Part shown: positions 48,783-57,800 of the stretch, piece by piece | How the letters are laid out: the number at the start of each line of letters is the position of its first letter | How positions within the stretch are numbered: position 1 is the first letter of the stretch | Source: an uncultured Nitrospinaceae bacterium | GTDB taxonomy: Bacteria > UBA8248 | Assembly: GCA_964005815.1 (NCBI GenBank) | Contig: CAXFSR010000063.1 | Location: 35,560-99,559, forward strand | DNA length: 64,000 nucleotides | Direction: 5' to 3' | Position numbers and translations under genes: made by a program | Notes under the pieces: generated by a model | What the model saw: the letters and a program-made list of their open reading frames with translations, nothing else | What the model was told of the DNA's origin: nothing | Database searches by the model: none

Positions 48783-49079
48783 TTACCTACAGTAGCGCTG
48801 AATAGTCTCCGTTCCCAAATAATATCTATCACCATACTCGTCAATTTCATATACTTCTCTTTCGTAGGTGCAGATTCTTTTATAGGGATAATACGTTCTG
48901 GTATAGTGTCTATGGGGATGAGAAAGAAGATTCCCAAGAAGTATTCCACCCAAGAGACCAACTACAATTCCACTATTATGACGATGGTGGTGGTGTCTGT
49001 GCCATCTGTGAGCAAAAGCAGAACTAGTCACTAAAGAAATAGAAAGGAATAGTATTATGAGAACAAATATTTTCTTCAT
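48783..49079 (-). CDS. Small exported His/Tyr-rich protein
   Basis: Signal peptide ending AFA; HRWHRHHHHRH; GLLGGILLG segment; two C-terminal Cys. Confidence 0.75.
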   Translation of the reverse strand: MKKIFVLIILFLSISLVTSSAFAHRWHRHHHHRHNSGIVVGLLGGILLGNLLSHPHRHYTRTYYPYKRICTYEREVYEIDEYGDRYYLGTETIQRYCR

Positions 49080-49113
49080 TTCAAATACCTTTCATGGTTT
49101 AAGAGAAGAAAAT

Positions 49114-49188
49114 TGGAGCGGGAAAGGAGATTCGAACTCCCGACCCTCACGTTGGCAACGTGATGCTCTACCACTGAGCTATTCCCGC
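49114..49188 (-). tRNA. tRNA-Gly(GCC)
   Basis: GCGGGAATAGCTCAGTGGTAGAGCATCACGTTGCCAACGTGAGGGTCGGGAGTTCGAATCTCCTTTCCCGCTCCA: cloverleaf, GCC anticodon, encoded CCA. Confidence 0.97.
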
Positions 49189-49254
49189 ACACAAAATACT
49201 AAACAATAGGAAACTACAAATTGAACCTTGAAGTCAAGCCCTTAAGTTTGAAAT

Positions 49255-49644
49255 TTAATCATGCGAAACTGCAATAGCTTGAATTTCGACCATCATCTCA
49301 GGCCTTGCAAAACCACTTACGGTTATTAGAGCACTACCAGGGAAACCGTCCTGAAAATATTGTTTTCGTAACTCAGTAAGCTTATCACCGTTTCTCACAT
49401 CTTTAATAAAAACAGTCATGGTTACGATATCGGCAAGTTTTCCACCTGCCAAAGCAAGATTTCTTTCTATTTGACGAAACGTAGCATGTACCTGCGCCTC
49501 AAAATCACCATCTAGATTATTCCCGTCTTCATCCTGCCACATTCCTACTCCTGCTAGCCAAATTTGTCTTCCGCCAGTCGTAACTACCGCCGGAGAAAAT
49601 GACCTATTCTCTTGCCATGTACCTTTAAAATATTCCCTATTCAT
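49255..49644 (-). CDS. RidA/YjgF/UK114 family protein
   Basis: FSPAV, LAG, FEAQ, DIVTMTVFI, MVEIQAIA. Confidence 0.9.
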   Translation of the reverse strand: MNREYFKGTWQENRSFSPAVVTTGGRQIWLAGVGMWQDEDGNNLDGDFEAQVHATFRQIERNLALAGGKLADIVTMTVFIKDVRNGDKLTELRKQYFQDGFPGSALITVSGFARPEMMVEIQAIAVSHD

Positions 49645-49688
49645 CTAATTTCCTTTCAAAGGTGAGATCAGTTAGATAAAACTCACTT

Positions 49689-50873
49689 TCAATCTTTAAT
49701 TTTCAGGACAAACCAAAGTCCTAACAAAACAGCAAAGCTATAGAAAAAATAACTTGAATCCAATCCTACTTCGCTAGCAATTACTCCCCCTATCAGTGGA
49801 GAAATAAAATTTAATCCATGACAAGTATAAATAAAACCTACAGAAGAAGTTAAAACTTTCTCATCCGCAAAATCTGCTGTAGCAGTTAAAATTATGGGGC
49901 TCACATGACTTACAGCGCCTACTAAGACAAAAACAGTAATAAGTTCTGTTGGCGTTCTTGTGAAAGGCATTGCGAAAACTAATAAACCTGCGATGAAAAA
50001 AGGTACCATCAAAGAGTATCTTGCGCCTACTCTGTCATAAAGATACCCCATCAAGGGTTTTGTAATAGCCCCTAATATAAAATGTATCGAGATAGCAATG
50101 CCAATTAGATGTATTTCAATATTCTTAGAAGCTGCAAGTAAAGGAAAAAAACCGACTGTCCCTTTCGTACACATACCTCTTAACATATAAGCAATTGCAA
50201 GAATAACTACCTTCTTGTTTTGAAAAACATCTCTTAAAATATCTTTAATCTTTCTTCTTTCTGTATCTCCTTTATCAATTTCATCTGAAAAACGAAGATA
50301 AATAAAATATAGAAAGACAATAGCTGGCAAAACACAAATAACCACAGCAATCCGCCATCCTAGAAATGCAGCGAAGAAGGTCAAAAGAATTGGCAGAATA
50401 GCCATTCCAACATTACCACCCAAACCATGAATAGATATGGCAAACGCACGATTTTCTATAAATCTTCTTGCCACCATCGATGTACCACAAGGGTGATAAA
50501 CAGAATTTCCAACACCCACCAAAAAAGTGATCAGCAATAAGAAATAAAAATTGGGAACAATGCCTACCAATAGATACGAAATCGTTGCTAAGAGCATACC
50601 CCCTAAAAGAATTACTTTTCTTCTGCCCGAAATATCGGAATAGATTGAAAGTGGATATTGAAACAATAAAACTGAAAGGCTTAAGGAACTAAGTAACATT
50701 CCTGATTCCACTGGAGAGAGACTAAATTCAGCAACAATAAGAACTAGCACAGGAACCATTAGATTTGAGTATCCATCACTCATTCCATGAGCAGAGCTCA
50801 TTAATGCCAGATCAAAAGTGTCTCTAAATCTCCAATTTCTCAAAGCTTTTTTGCGTGCAATATTTTCTGTCAA
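49689..50873 (-). CDS. MFS transporter (FSR-like)
   Basis: AHGMSD, GVGNSVYHP, HGLGGNVG, about 12 TM segments. Confidence 0.9.
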   Translation of the reverse strand: MTENIARKKALRNWRFRDTFDLALMSSAHGMSDGYSNLMVPVLVLIVAEFSLSPVESGMLLSSLSLSVLLFQYPLSIYSDISGRRKVILLGGMLLATISYLLVGIVPNFYFLLLITFLVGVGNSVYHPCGTSMVARRFIENRAFAISIHGLGGNVGMAILPILLTFFAAFLGWRIAVVICVLPAIVFLYFIYLRFSDEIDKGDTERRKIKDILRDVFQNKKVVILAIAYMLRGMCTKGTVGFFPLLAASKNIEIHLIGIAISIHFILGAITKPLMGYLYDRVGARYSLMVPFFIAGLLVFAMPFTRTPTELITVFVLVGAVSHVSPIILTATADFADEKVLTSSVGFIYTCHGLNFISPLIGGVIASEVGLDSSYFFYSFAVLLGLWFVLKIKD

Positions 50874-51856
50874 TTAAGTTCTTTCCAGGACGGAATAATG
50901 CTAAAACCATCTGCTTCTTTAATTGCTCGACAAATAGCTTGCCCTACAGCAAATTTGGCTGCTTCTCCTACTACATCTAGAGCTTCTTGAAAATTCCCTT
51001 TAGAAAGAGCAAAGACAACATCTCCATCTACGGTGGTGTAAGAGGGTCTTACCGAAAGAATTAAACCATGAGCGGCCATTTGAGAAAGTTTATGGGTTTC
51101 ATTCTTATTCAAACTCACATTTGTTGTTATAGCTACCAAAGTTGTATTCTCAACCGTAGTCCCAAACCCTTCCGTAGGGCGACCATGCAATCTCAAGAAT
51201 TCTTCTGTATCTACAAATTCTTTGTTTTTCTGATCGGACAAAGGTGATGCGATTTTCAAGTTGCTTGCATAATCGTAGATCGAACCATATGCATTTACGA
51301 CAGCAAGTGCGCCAACAGTACCCCCAGATGGCAGAGGACAGCTTGCCGTACCTAATCCCCCTTTCATAGCTCCTTTTTTACCTAGAAGTTTTGCGACTGT
51401 AGCACCTGTACCTGCACCTACACTCCCTTGCGCTCCTTCCTCAAGAGAAGAATTGACACACGCATCGTATCCCATTTCAGATGATGGTCTTACTTTGCCA
51501 TCTCCAAAATTCAGATCAAACAAAACACTAGATGCAACTGTTGGAACCGTATGACTCCCAGCTTTAAAACCTATTCCTTGTTCTTCCAGATACCTCATCA
51601 CTCCATCAGATGAAGCTAATCCGTATGCACTGCCACCTGTAAATACAAGAGCATCAATATGTCCAACTAAATGTTCAGCACGAAGTGCATCGATACCTCG
51701 AGTAGCAGTTGCAGTTCCTCTCAATTCACAAGAACCTACAGTTCCTTGAGGACAAAGAATTACACTAACACCGGTATATGCATTAAGATCAGAAGAATGT
51801 CCCAAACGAAATCCTTCCACATCTGTCACGCATCCAGAAAACACATTCTCTTTCAA
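50870..51856 (-). CDS. P1/S58 family (DmpA-like) aminopeptidase
   Basis: TGGSAYGL, GSVGAGTGA, ENTT autocleavage site, DGD. Confidence 0.9.
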   Translation of the reverse strand: MKENVFSGCVTDVEGFRLGHSSDLNAYTGVSVILCPQGTVGSCELRGTATATRGIDALRAEHLVGHIDALVFTGGSAYGLASSDGVMRYLEEQGIGFKAGSHTVPTVASSVLFDLNFGDGKVRPSSEMGYDACVNSSLEEGAQGSVGAGTGATVAKLLGKKGAMKGGLGTASCPLPSGGTVGALAVVNAYGSIYDYASNLKIASPLSDQKNKEFVDTEEFLRLHGRPTEGFGTTVENTTLVAITTNVSLNKNETHKLSQMAAHGLILSVRPSYTTVDGDVVFALSKGNFQEALDVVGEAAKFAVGQAICRAIKEADGFSIIPSWKELN

Positions 51857-51869
51857 ACTAAACCCTTCT

Positions 51870-52508
51870 CTAAAGAGGTATTCTTTCTGGCAAAGAACCA
51901 GTCTGAAGATACCTATCTATGACTTGTCTATAATGATCTGATGGAACCGCTCCAACGATAAGCATTCTATCGTTAGCAACCACGGAAGGAATTCCTGTTA
52001 TCCCTCTATTAGTTGCATCTAAGAATTCTCTACTTGCTTTTTCTTCCAGACCATCTCCCTGCATATCATCGTGATATCTGTCCATATCCAGTCCACTTTT
52101 TTCCGCTATTTCATGTACTACTTTTTCATCAGAAATATTTCTGCTCTCTGAAAAAAATGCAGCCAAGAGATTCATATGAAAAGCATTCCAAACATCTGCC
52201 CCCTGGATACGTGCAGCAATTCCTGCTTTAGCAGACGGCATAGAACAATTTGGAAACGTTTCATCAGAGTCCCACAAACGAAAATCAGCTGATTCTTCTT
52301 GAGATGTAGCATTCGTCCAGCCATTGATCCTGTATTCATTAAAAACCGCAGTAGGATCTGGCTGAGGACGTAACATAAAAACCCTGTACTGCACATCAAG
52401 CTTCTCACCATACTCTTTTTTAAGATTGTTCAACCGAACGGCTGAATTGAAACACCAAGGTCACAAAAAGTCACTATATACTGTAAAAAACATTTTAGAA
52501 TGATCCAT
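51870..52508 (-). CDS. DsbA/FrnE-family thiol oxidoreductase, predicted selenoprotein (U-P-W-C)
   Basis: In-frame extension past the ORF-track start: MDHSKMFFTVYSDFL-TGA(52463-52461)-PWCFNSAVRLNNLKK; GGAG RBS 6 nt before ATG 52508; GITGIPS cis-Pro loop. Confidence 0.85.
52429..52446 (-). promoter_or_regulatory. Putative bacterial SECIS hairpin
   Basis: Minus strand TTCAGCC-GTTC-GGTTGAA; apical loop starts GU, with the G 22 nt after the TGA. Confidence 0.65.
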
Positions 52509-52529
52509 CTTCATCTCCAGTTATTCATT

Positions 52530-53696
52530 TCAAATTAATTCCTTCGGAATTTTATTCAAATTTTCCACTCCATCTGAAGTTACAAGTAAGTCATCTTCAA
52601 AACGTATAGTAAACTTTTCATGTCGAACCCCAGGCTGAATGGAAACAACCATCCCCGCCTCTAACACAACATCAGGATGATGATTATCAGGAGGATCATG
52701 AAAAGGTCCTAATCCTAAACCGTGAAAAGAAAATCTCCAATGCGGGAAAGAATGACAATTACTACCATATCCCATACTCTCCATTTCTCGAATTGCAAAA
52801 CTAGCAACTTCTTTATGTTGAATTCCAGGTTTAATAAAATTCATTAATTTTCCATGGACTTCATACAAATCATTAGCAATTTTCTTTTGCTCATCTGTAG
52901 CATTTCCTACTACCCACGTTCTTGTCATGTCAGAACTATACCCTTTATAGATACAACCCAAGTCAACCATGACTAAGTCATTCTCTTCTATTTTCTTCCA
53001 CTCTGAGGCAAAAGCTCTATAATTTGCGGTCCTAATACCAGATTGGCACATAGTTTCCACTTCTCTGATAGCACCGCCTTTTCTCATCTCAATTTCTACT
53101 TCCCTCTGAACTTCTATCTCTGGAACCCCGGGTTTCGCAACCTCCATAGCAACTCGCATAGAGGATTCCCCTATTTCCACAGCCTTTCTTATTAAGGAAA
53201 TTTCTTCAGGATCCTTAACAGATCTAGTCAAATTAAAAACATCAGAAGCATGGTGAAATTTTGCCTTGGGCAGGACATTTTTTAATTTTCTATAGGTACT
53301 GATAGTGCAGCATTCATCTTCAAGTCCAATATTTCCATTGTCTACTTTCTTTTCTCTAAGAACTTCTGCTAAATACTCCATTGCACCAAGAGTAGATTCT
53401 TTATCAAAAGCTCTCACATCCTCAAGCCAACTTCCCTCTTTAATTGCGTTGTAAACCAAAAAACCACAGAGAAAAATTGGTGGTGTGTTTTCATCTCTAA
53501 AAATAATCAAAGGGGATTCTGTGGATGAATCAAGACTTAAAGGATACCAAGGAAGATGATGATAAAATCCAGAAACATAATACTGATTTGGCCACAAATG
53601 GACTAGCATGCAATCGAGATTTCTCTTGTCCATTTGTTTTCTTAAACGACTAAGACGTGCATCAAAATCAAAATTCGTCTCAAAAATATTCTTCAT
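52530..53696 (-). CDS. Xaa-Pro peptidase (M24B) family protein
   Basis: DLGCIYKGYSSDMTRT, FHGLGL, RFEDD. Confidence 0.88.
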   Translation of the reverse strand: MKNIFETNFDFDARLSRLRKQMDKRNLDCMLVHLWPNQYYVSGFYHHLPWYPLSLDSSTESPLIIFRDENTPPIFLCGFLVYNAIKEGSWLEDVRAFDKESTLGAMEYLAEVLREKKVDNGNIGLEDECCTISTYRKLKNVLPKAKFHHASDVFNLTRSVKDPEEISLIRKAVEIGESSMRVAMEVAKPGVPEIEVQREVEIEMRKGGAIREVETMCQSGIRTANYRAFASEWKKIEENDLVMVDLGCIYKGYSSDMTRTWVVGNATDEQKKIANDLYEVHGKLMNFIKPGIQHKEVASFAIREMESMGYGSNCHSFPHWRFSFHGLGLGPFHDPPDNHHPDVVLEAGMVVSIQPGVRHEKFTIRFEDDLLVTSDGVENLNKIPKELI

Positions 53697-53750
53697 TATC
53701 TCTACCCTGCTTTCTCTTGTTATTTGCAGTTAATAGAAATCATAAAAAAA

Positions 53751-55145
53751 TTACTTACTCAACCTTGCCCAAAGATAATCCGAACGGAATTTCCCTTTGA
53801 GGGTAGAAAATCGAGTCGGGAGAGGTTCAAGTTGCACTCTTACATGCTTCCCAACAAAAGAGTCTGGAGCATCAGAAACTACTCTAACATAATTATCGGT
53901 CAATCCAGAAAGTAGTCCCTCTTTATTCTTTGACTCAAATAATACTTCTGCATCTGTTCCTATTTGCGAAGCTACGAATGCAGACCACTTTCTATCTCCA
54001 AGGATTCGAAGTTCATTTGCTCTTCTCTTCTTCTCCTTTGGATCTACGGCAAAATTAATAAGTGAGGAATCTGTACCTTCTCTTTCAGAATAAGGAAAAA
54101 CGTGTAAATACGAGATAGGACTTTCTCTTACCCAATCCAGTGTCTTATTAAATGCAGCACGAGTTTCTTCTGGAAAACCAACAATAAAATCTCCTCCAAG
54201 ACATGCACCCCGAATAGAAGAGGTAATCTCATTAAATCTTCTCGTGCATCTATCAATTTTATAATTACGTTTCATTGCACTTAGAACTAAATCATCTCCA
54301 CTTTGAACAGGGATATGAAAATGTCTACAAAAATAGGGAGATTCGCTTCCTTCATTTCTTGAAAATGTATTTCTAGAAACTACTCTTACTAACTCTTTTG
54401 TAACTTCTCCTGGCTCGACTGAAGAAAAACGTATTCTCACAAGGTCTTCCACTTTCAAAAGAGCCTCAGAAAGCTTGCTCAAACTTAACCGTGGCCTAAA
54501 GTCTTTTCCGTATGCACCTAAATGAATTCCTGTAAGCACTATTTCTCTATGTCCATTAGACACAAACTGTCTTGCATTTTCTATACAGTCTTCCAAACTG
54601 AGAGACCGACTGGGACCTCTTGCAATTGTTGTCGCACAGAAGGAACAAGAAAAATCACACCCATCTTGAACCTTCATAAACGCTCTTGTTTGACTTTCGA
54701 AAGATGGAAAAGACGAATCCTCCGCATTCATCTCTCTTTGAATCTCGCCTACTCGAACCTCCGGAAAGGAACTCGTTTTGATTTCTTGTTTCAACTGATT
54801 TGGAAGATCTAATTTTTCACTATTCCCAAGTAGCATATCTACTTCCGGGATAGACATAGATTTAATATTTGCCTGTGGTGAACAACCAGCTATTATTACT
54901 GACGCCCCTTTTTTAGCCAATCTTCTCGCTCTTCTAGCTAATTTCTTAGTTTCCCTGTCTGCCTCTGATGTCACAGTACAAGAATTTACAACATATACAT
55001 CTGCCTCTTCGTCAAAAGGAACCAAATCAAAACCAGCCTGGGAACATTTATGTCGCATTGCCTCCCCTTCAGCATGATTTAATTTACAACCAAGGCTAAT
55101 GAGGGCAAGTCGTTTTCGTTTTATATTTTTAACTGAAGTGTGCAA
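53751..55145 (-). CDS. mtaB: tRNA t6A37 methylthiotransferase
   Basis: LGCKLNHAE, NSCTVT, KVQDGCDFSCSFC, ARGPSRS, LTGIHLG, HVFPYSEREGT. Confidence 0.92.
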   Translation of the reverse strand: MHTSVKNIKRKRLALISLGCKLNHAEGEAMRHKCSQAGFDLVPFDEEADVYVVNSCTVTSEADRETKKLARRARRLAKKGASVIIAGCSPQANIKSMSIPEVDMLLGNSEKLDLPNQLKQEIKTSSFPEVRVGEIQREMNAEDSSFPSFESQTRAFMKVQDGCDFSCSFCATTIARGPSRSLSLEDCIENARQFVSNGHREIVLTGIHLGAYGKDFRPRLSLSKLSEALLKVEDLVRIRFSSVEPGEVTKELVRVVSRNTFSRNEGSESPYFCRHFHIPVQSGDDLVLSAMKRNYKIDRCTRRFNEITSSIRGACLGGDFIVGFPEETRAAFNKTLDWVRESPISYLHVFPYSEREGTDSSLINFAVDPKEKKRRANELRILGDRKWSAFVASQIGTDAEVLFESKNKEGLLSGLTDNYVRVVSDAPDSFVGKHVRVQLEPLPTRFSTLKGKFRSDYLWARLSK

Positions 55146-55231
55146 TCCATCTTTCCTAAATTTTTTCAGAAAAATTACTAAATTTACTAATATTTGACTT
55201 ACTTTAAACGAAACTGCAAGTGTGTTACGAC

Positions 55232-55260
55232 TTGACGTTCACAATTCCTGTTGATAGTGT
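55232..55260 (+). promoter_or_regulatory. Putative sigma70 promoter of the coxM-S-D-E cluster
   Basis: TTGACG-N17-TAGTGT about 105 nt upstream of the ATG. Confidence 0.45.
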
Positions 55261-55366
55261 TTGTTCGTCTGTTTCATATCATTAGAATTACAGCTCTTGA
55301 TATAGGCTACTTCTTTAATTATAGCTTGGAATCAGGGTTTATTACACTACAAGGAGAAAACTGGCG

Positions 55367-56233
55367 ATGAAGGGTTTTGATTTTGTAGCCCCAAAAACAA
55401 TAAATGAAGTATTAAATACCGCAAAAAAATCAAAAAAAGTAAAGTTCATTGCTGGAGGTACAAACTTTCTTCCAGAATTGCGTCATCAACATGATGGTCC
55501 TGCGGATGTTGTTATCGATCTAATGAGAGTGAACGCCTTACGAGGAGTGAACGTTTCTAAAAAAACTACTAGTCTCGGTGCTCTTACAACTATTACCGAC
55601 CTCATTGAAAACAAAGACCTCAAAAAGAATGCTCCAATTCTAGGAGCTATGGGGGCAAAATTTGCTGGTCCTGTTATTAGAAATAGAGCTACTGTAGCAG
55701 GAAACATTATTGATGGCGGACCTGCAGCAGACGCTATACCACCTCTTCTTGCACTAAGAGCAACAGTTACTTTAGCAGGTCCAAGGGGAAAAAGGACAGT
55801 AGCACTAGACAAGTTCTTACTAGATTACCGTAAAACAGATATTAAAAAGGGAGAGTTAATAACCCGTATTTCATTCCCGACACCTCCGAAAAATCATAAA
55901 TGGGGATACTATAAATTAGCAAGAAGAAATGCGATGGCAATTACTGTCGTAGGAGTAGCCGTCTTGCTAGAAATAAGTGGCAAAACTATTAAAAAAGCAT
56001 CAATTTCCTTAGGTTCCGTGAATGCGTGTCCTATTCGATGTTATGAAGCTGAGAAAATGCTGGAAGGTCAAAAAGCAGATGCAAAATTGATTCAAGAAGC
56101 TTCTGAATTGTGTAAGAAAGCAGCAACACCAATAGATGACATCAGAGCTTCTGCAAAATACAGGAAATTAATGTGCGAGGTGCTTCCAAGAAGACTTTTG
56201 TCACAAGCACTTAACATTCAAATGGAAAAATAA
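55367..56233 (+). CDS. FAD-binding medium subunit of a xanthine/CO dehydrogenase-family molybdoenzyme (CoxM-like)
   Basis: AGGTN, IRNRATVAGN, DDIRASAKYR. Confidence 0.92.
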   Translation: MKGFDFVAPKTINEVLNTAKKSKKVKFIAGGTNFLPELRHQHDGPADVVIDLMRVNALRGVNVSKKTTSLGALTTITDLIENKDLKKNAPILGAMGAKFAGPVIRNRATVAGNIIDGGPAADAIPPLLALRATVTLAGPRGKRTVALDKFLLDYRKTDIKKGELITRISFPTPPKNHKWGYYKLARRNAMAITVVGVAVLLEISGKTIKKASISLGSVNACPIRCYEAEKMLEGQKADAKLIQEASELCKKAATPIDDIRASAKYRKLMCEVLPRRLLSQALNIQMEK

Positions 56234-56277
56234 ACTTTAGAAGCTGCGCAAAATAAATTGTTACAAGGAGAGCAAGA

Positions 56278-56838
56278 ATGCCATCAACAGCAAAAAGAAC
56301 AAAGTCCGCGTCATCTTCTAAAAAGAAGACAGCCAAGGCAACTCAGTTCAAACTCCCCAAAAAGTATCCTATTTCTTTCAACGTAAATGGGGAGAAAGTA
56401 GAAACAGAAACATATGCTCATACCAGCCTACTTTATTTGCTTAGAGATTTAGGATTTACAGAAGTAAAAAATGGGTGTGAGGCAGGAGACTGCGGTGCTT
56501 GCACCATTCTCTTTGATGACGTTGCCGCAAATGCATGTTGTATTTTAGGCGTGCAAGCAGATGGAAGGGATATCGAAACAGTAAAAGGGATAGGGACTAT
56601 AGATAATCTCCATCCCATCCAAGAAAAATTCATAGAACATGGAGCAATTCAATGTGGCTTTTGTACTCCCGGCATGATTGTTTCTGCGAAAGAATTACTC
56701 GACAAAAATCCCAAACCTACCAGAGAAGAAATTAAAGCAGGAATTGCCGGCAATTTATGTCGCTGCACAGGATATGTAAAAATTATCGATGCAATTGAAG
56801 CTGCTTCCAAAATAAAACCATCCAAGAAGGGCAAATAG
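56278..56838 (+). CDS. 2Fe-2S small subunit (CoxS-like)
   Basis: GCEAGDCGAC, QCGFCTPG, GNLCRCTGY. Confidence 0.95.
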   Translation: MPSTAKRTKSASSSKKKTAKATQFKLPKKYPISFNVNGEKVETETYAHTSLLYLLRDLGFTEVKNGCEAGDCGACTILFDDVAANACCILGVQADGRDIETVKGIGTIDNLHPIQEKFIEHGAIQCGFCTPGMIVSAKELLDKNPKPTREEIKAGIAGNLCRCTGYVKIIDAIEAASKIKPSKKGK

Positions 56839-56840
56839 TT

Positions 56841-57797
56841 TTGACTACAAACTCAACAAAAGGAAACAAGAAGAAATCTAAGAAGAACTCGAATTTTTCT
56901 ACTGTTCAATCTGTAGAGGATTCACTCAGAGACCTTGATTATATTGCTGACAAGACTTTATCCACCACTCTTTTTTTATCATCCCAGCTTCAAAAACCAC
57001 TTTTTCTAGAGGGTGAAGCAGGTGTGGGGAAAACTGAGCTTGCAAAAGTACTCGCCTCTTCTCTAGACACAGAACTCATCCGTCTCCAGTGTTATGAAGG
57101 ACTAGATTCAAATTCTGCTCTGTATGAATGGAATTATGCAAAGCAACTGCTTCATATTAAAATGGAAGAAGGTCAAGAAAATTCTTCATCAAAAAAAGTA
57201 GAAAGAGATATCTTCAGCCAAGATTATCTAATTGAGCGTCCACTCCTTAGAGCTTTAGTGCAATCCAAGGAAAAACCGGTTGTACTTCTTATTGACGAAA
57301 TTGATAGGTCCGATGAAGAATTTGAAGCTTTTTTACTTGAGATACTCTCAGATTTTCAGATTACTATTCCTGAAATGGGAACAGTAAAAGCCGAAAATAA
57401 ACCACTTGTTATTTTAACAAGTAATCGAACAAGAGAAATCCACGACGCTTTGAAGAGAAGGTGTTTATATCTTTGGGTAGATTACCCTTCTTTTGATAAA
57501 GAAGTAGAAATTATTTCCACAAAAGTTCCAGGCATTTCTTCTAGTTTAGCAGAACAAATCACTAGATTTATGGGACAGGCACGTCAAATGGATTTTTACA
57601 AAAGACCTGGCGTAGCAGAAACTTTAGATTGGGCACAAGCACTTTTAGCCTTAGAAAAGAAGCAACTAGATGAAACAGCTGTCTCAGAAACAATTGGATG
57701 TATTCTTAAATATCAGGATGACATCAAACGCATCAATGAAGAAGAAGGTGGTCTAGAGAGAATGGTTGCATCATCTCAATCCTCATCAGATAGCTAA
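56841..57797 (+). CDS. MoxR-family AAA+ ATPase (CoxD-like)
   Basis: LEGEAGVGKT, RLQCYEG, YEWNY, LIDEIDR, TSNRTREIHDALKRR. Confidence 0.93.
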   Translation: MTTNSTKGNKKKSKKNSNFSTVQSVEDSLRDLDYIADKTLSTTLFLSSQLQKPLFLEGEAGVGKTELAKVLASSLDTELIRLQCYEGLDSNSALYEWNYAKQLLHIKMEEGQENSSSKKVERDIFSQDYLIERPLLRALVQSKEKPVVLLIDEIDRSDEEFEAFLLEILSDFQITIPEMGTVKAENKPLVILTSNRTREIHDALKRRCLYLWVDYPSFDKEVEIISTKVPGISSSLAEQITRFMGQARQMDFYKRPGVAETLDWAQALLALEKKQLDETAVSETIGCILKYQDDIKRINEEEGGLERMVASSQSSSDS

Positions 57798-57800
57798 TCC

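Noticed and set aside
36938..49188. Integrative element inserted at tRNA-Gly carrying the TPR/ATP-grasp operon
   Set aside because: No integrase and no duplicated tRNA 3' end (att site) seen in the window; base composition not obviously different by eye.
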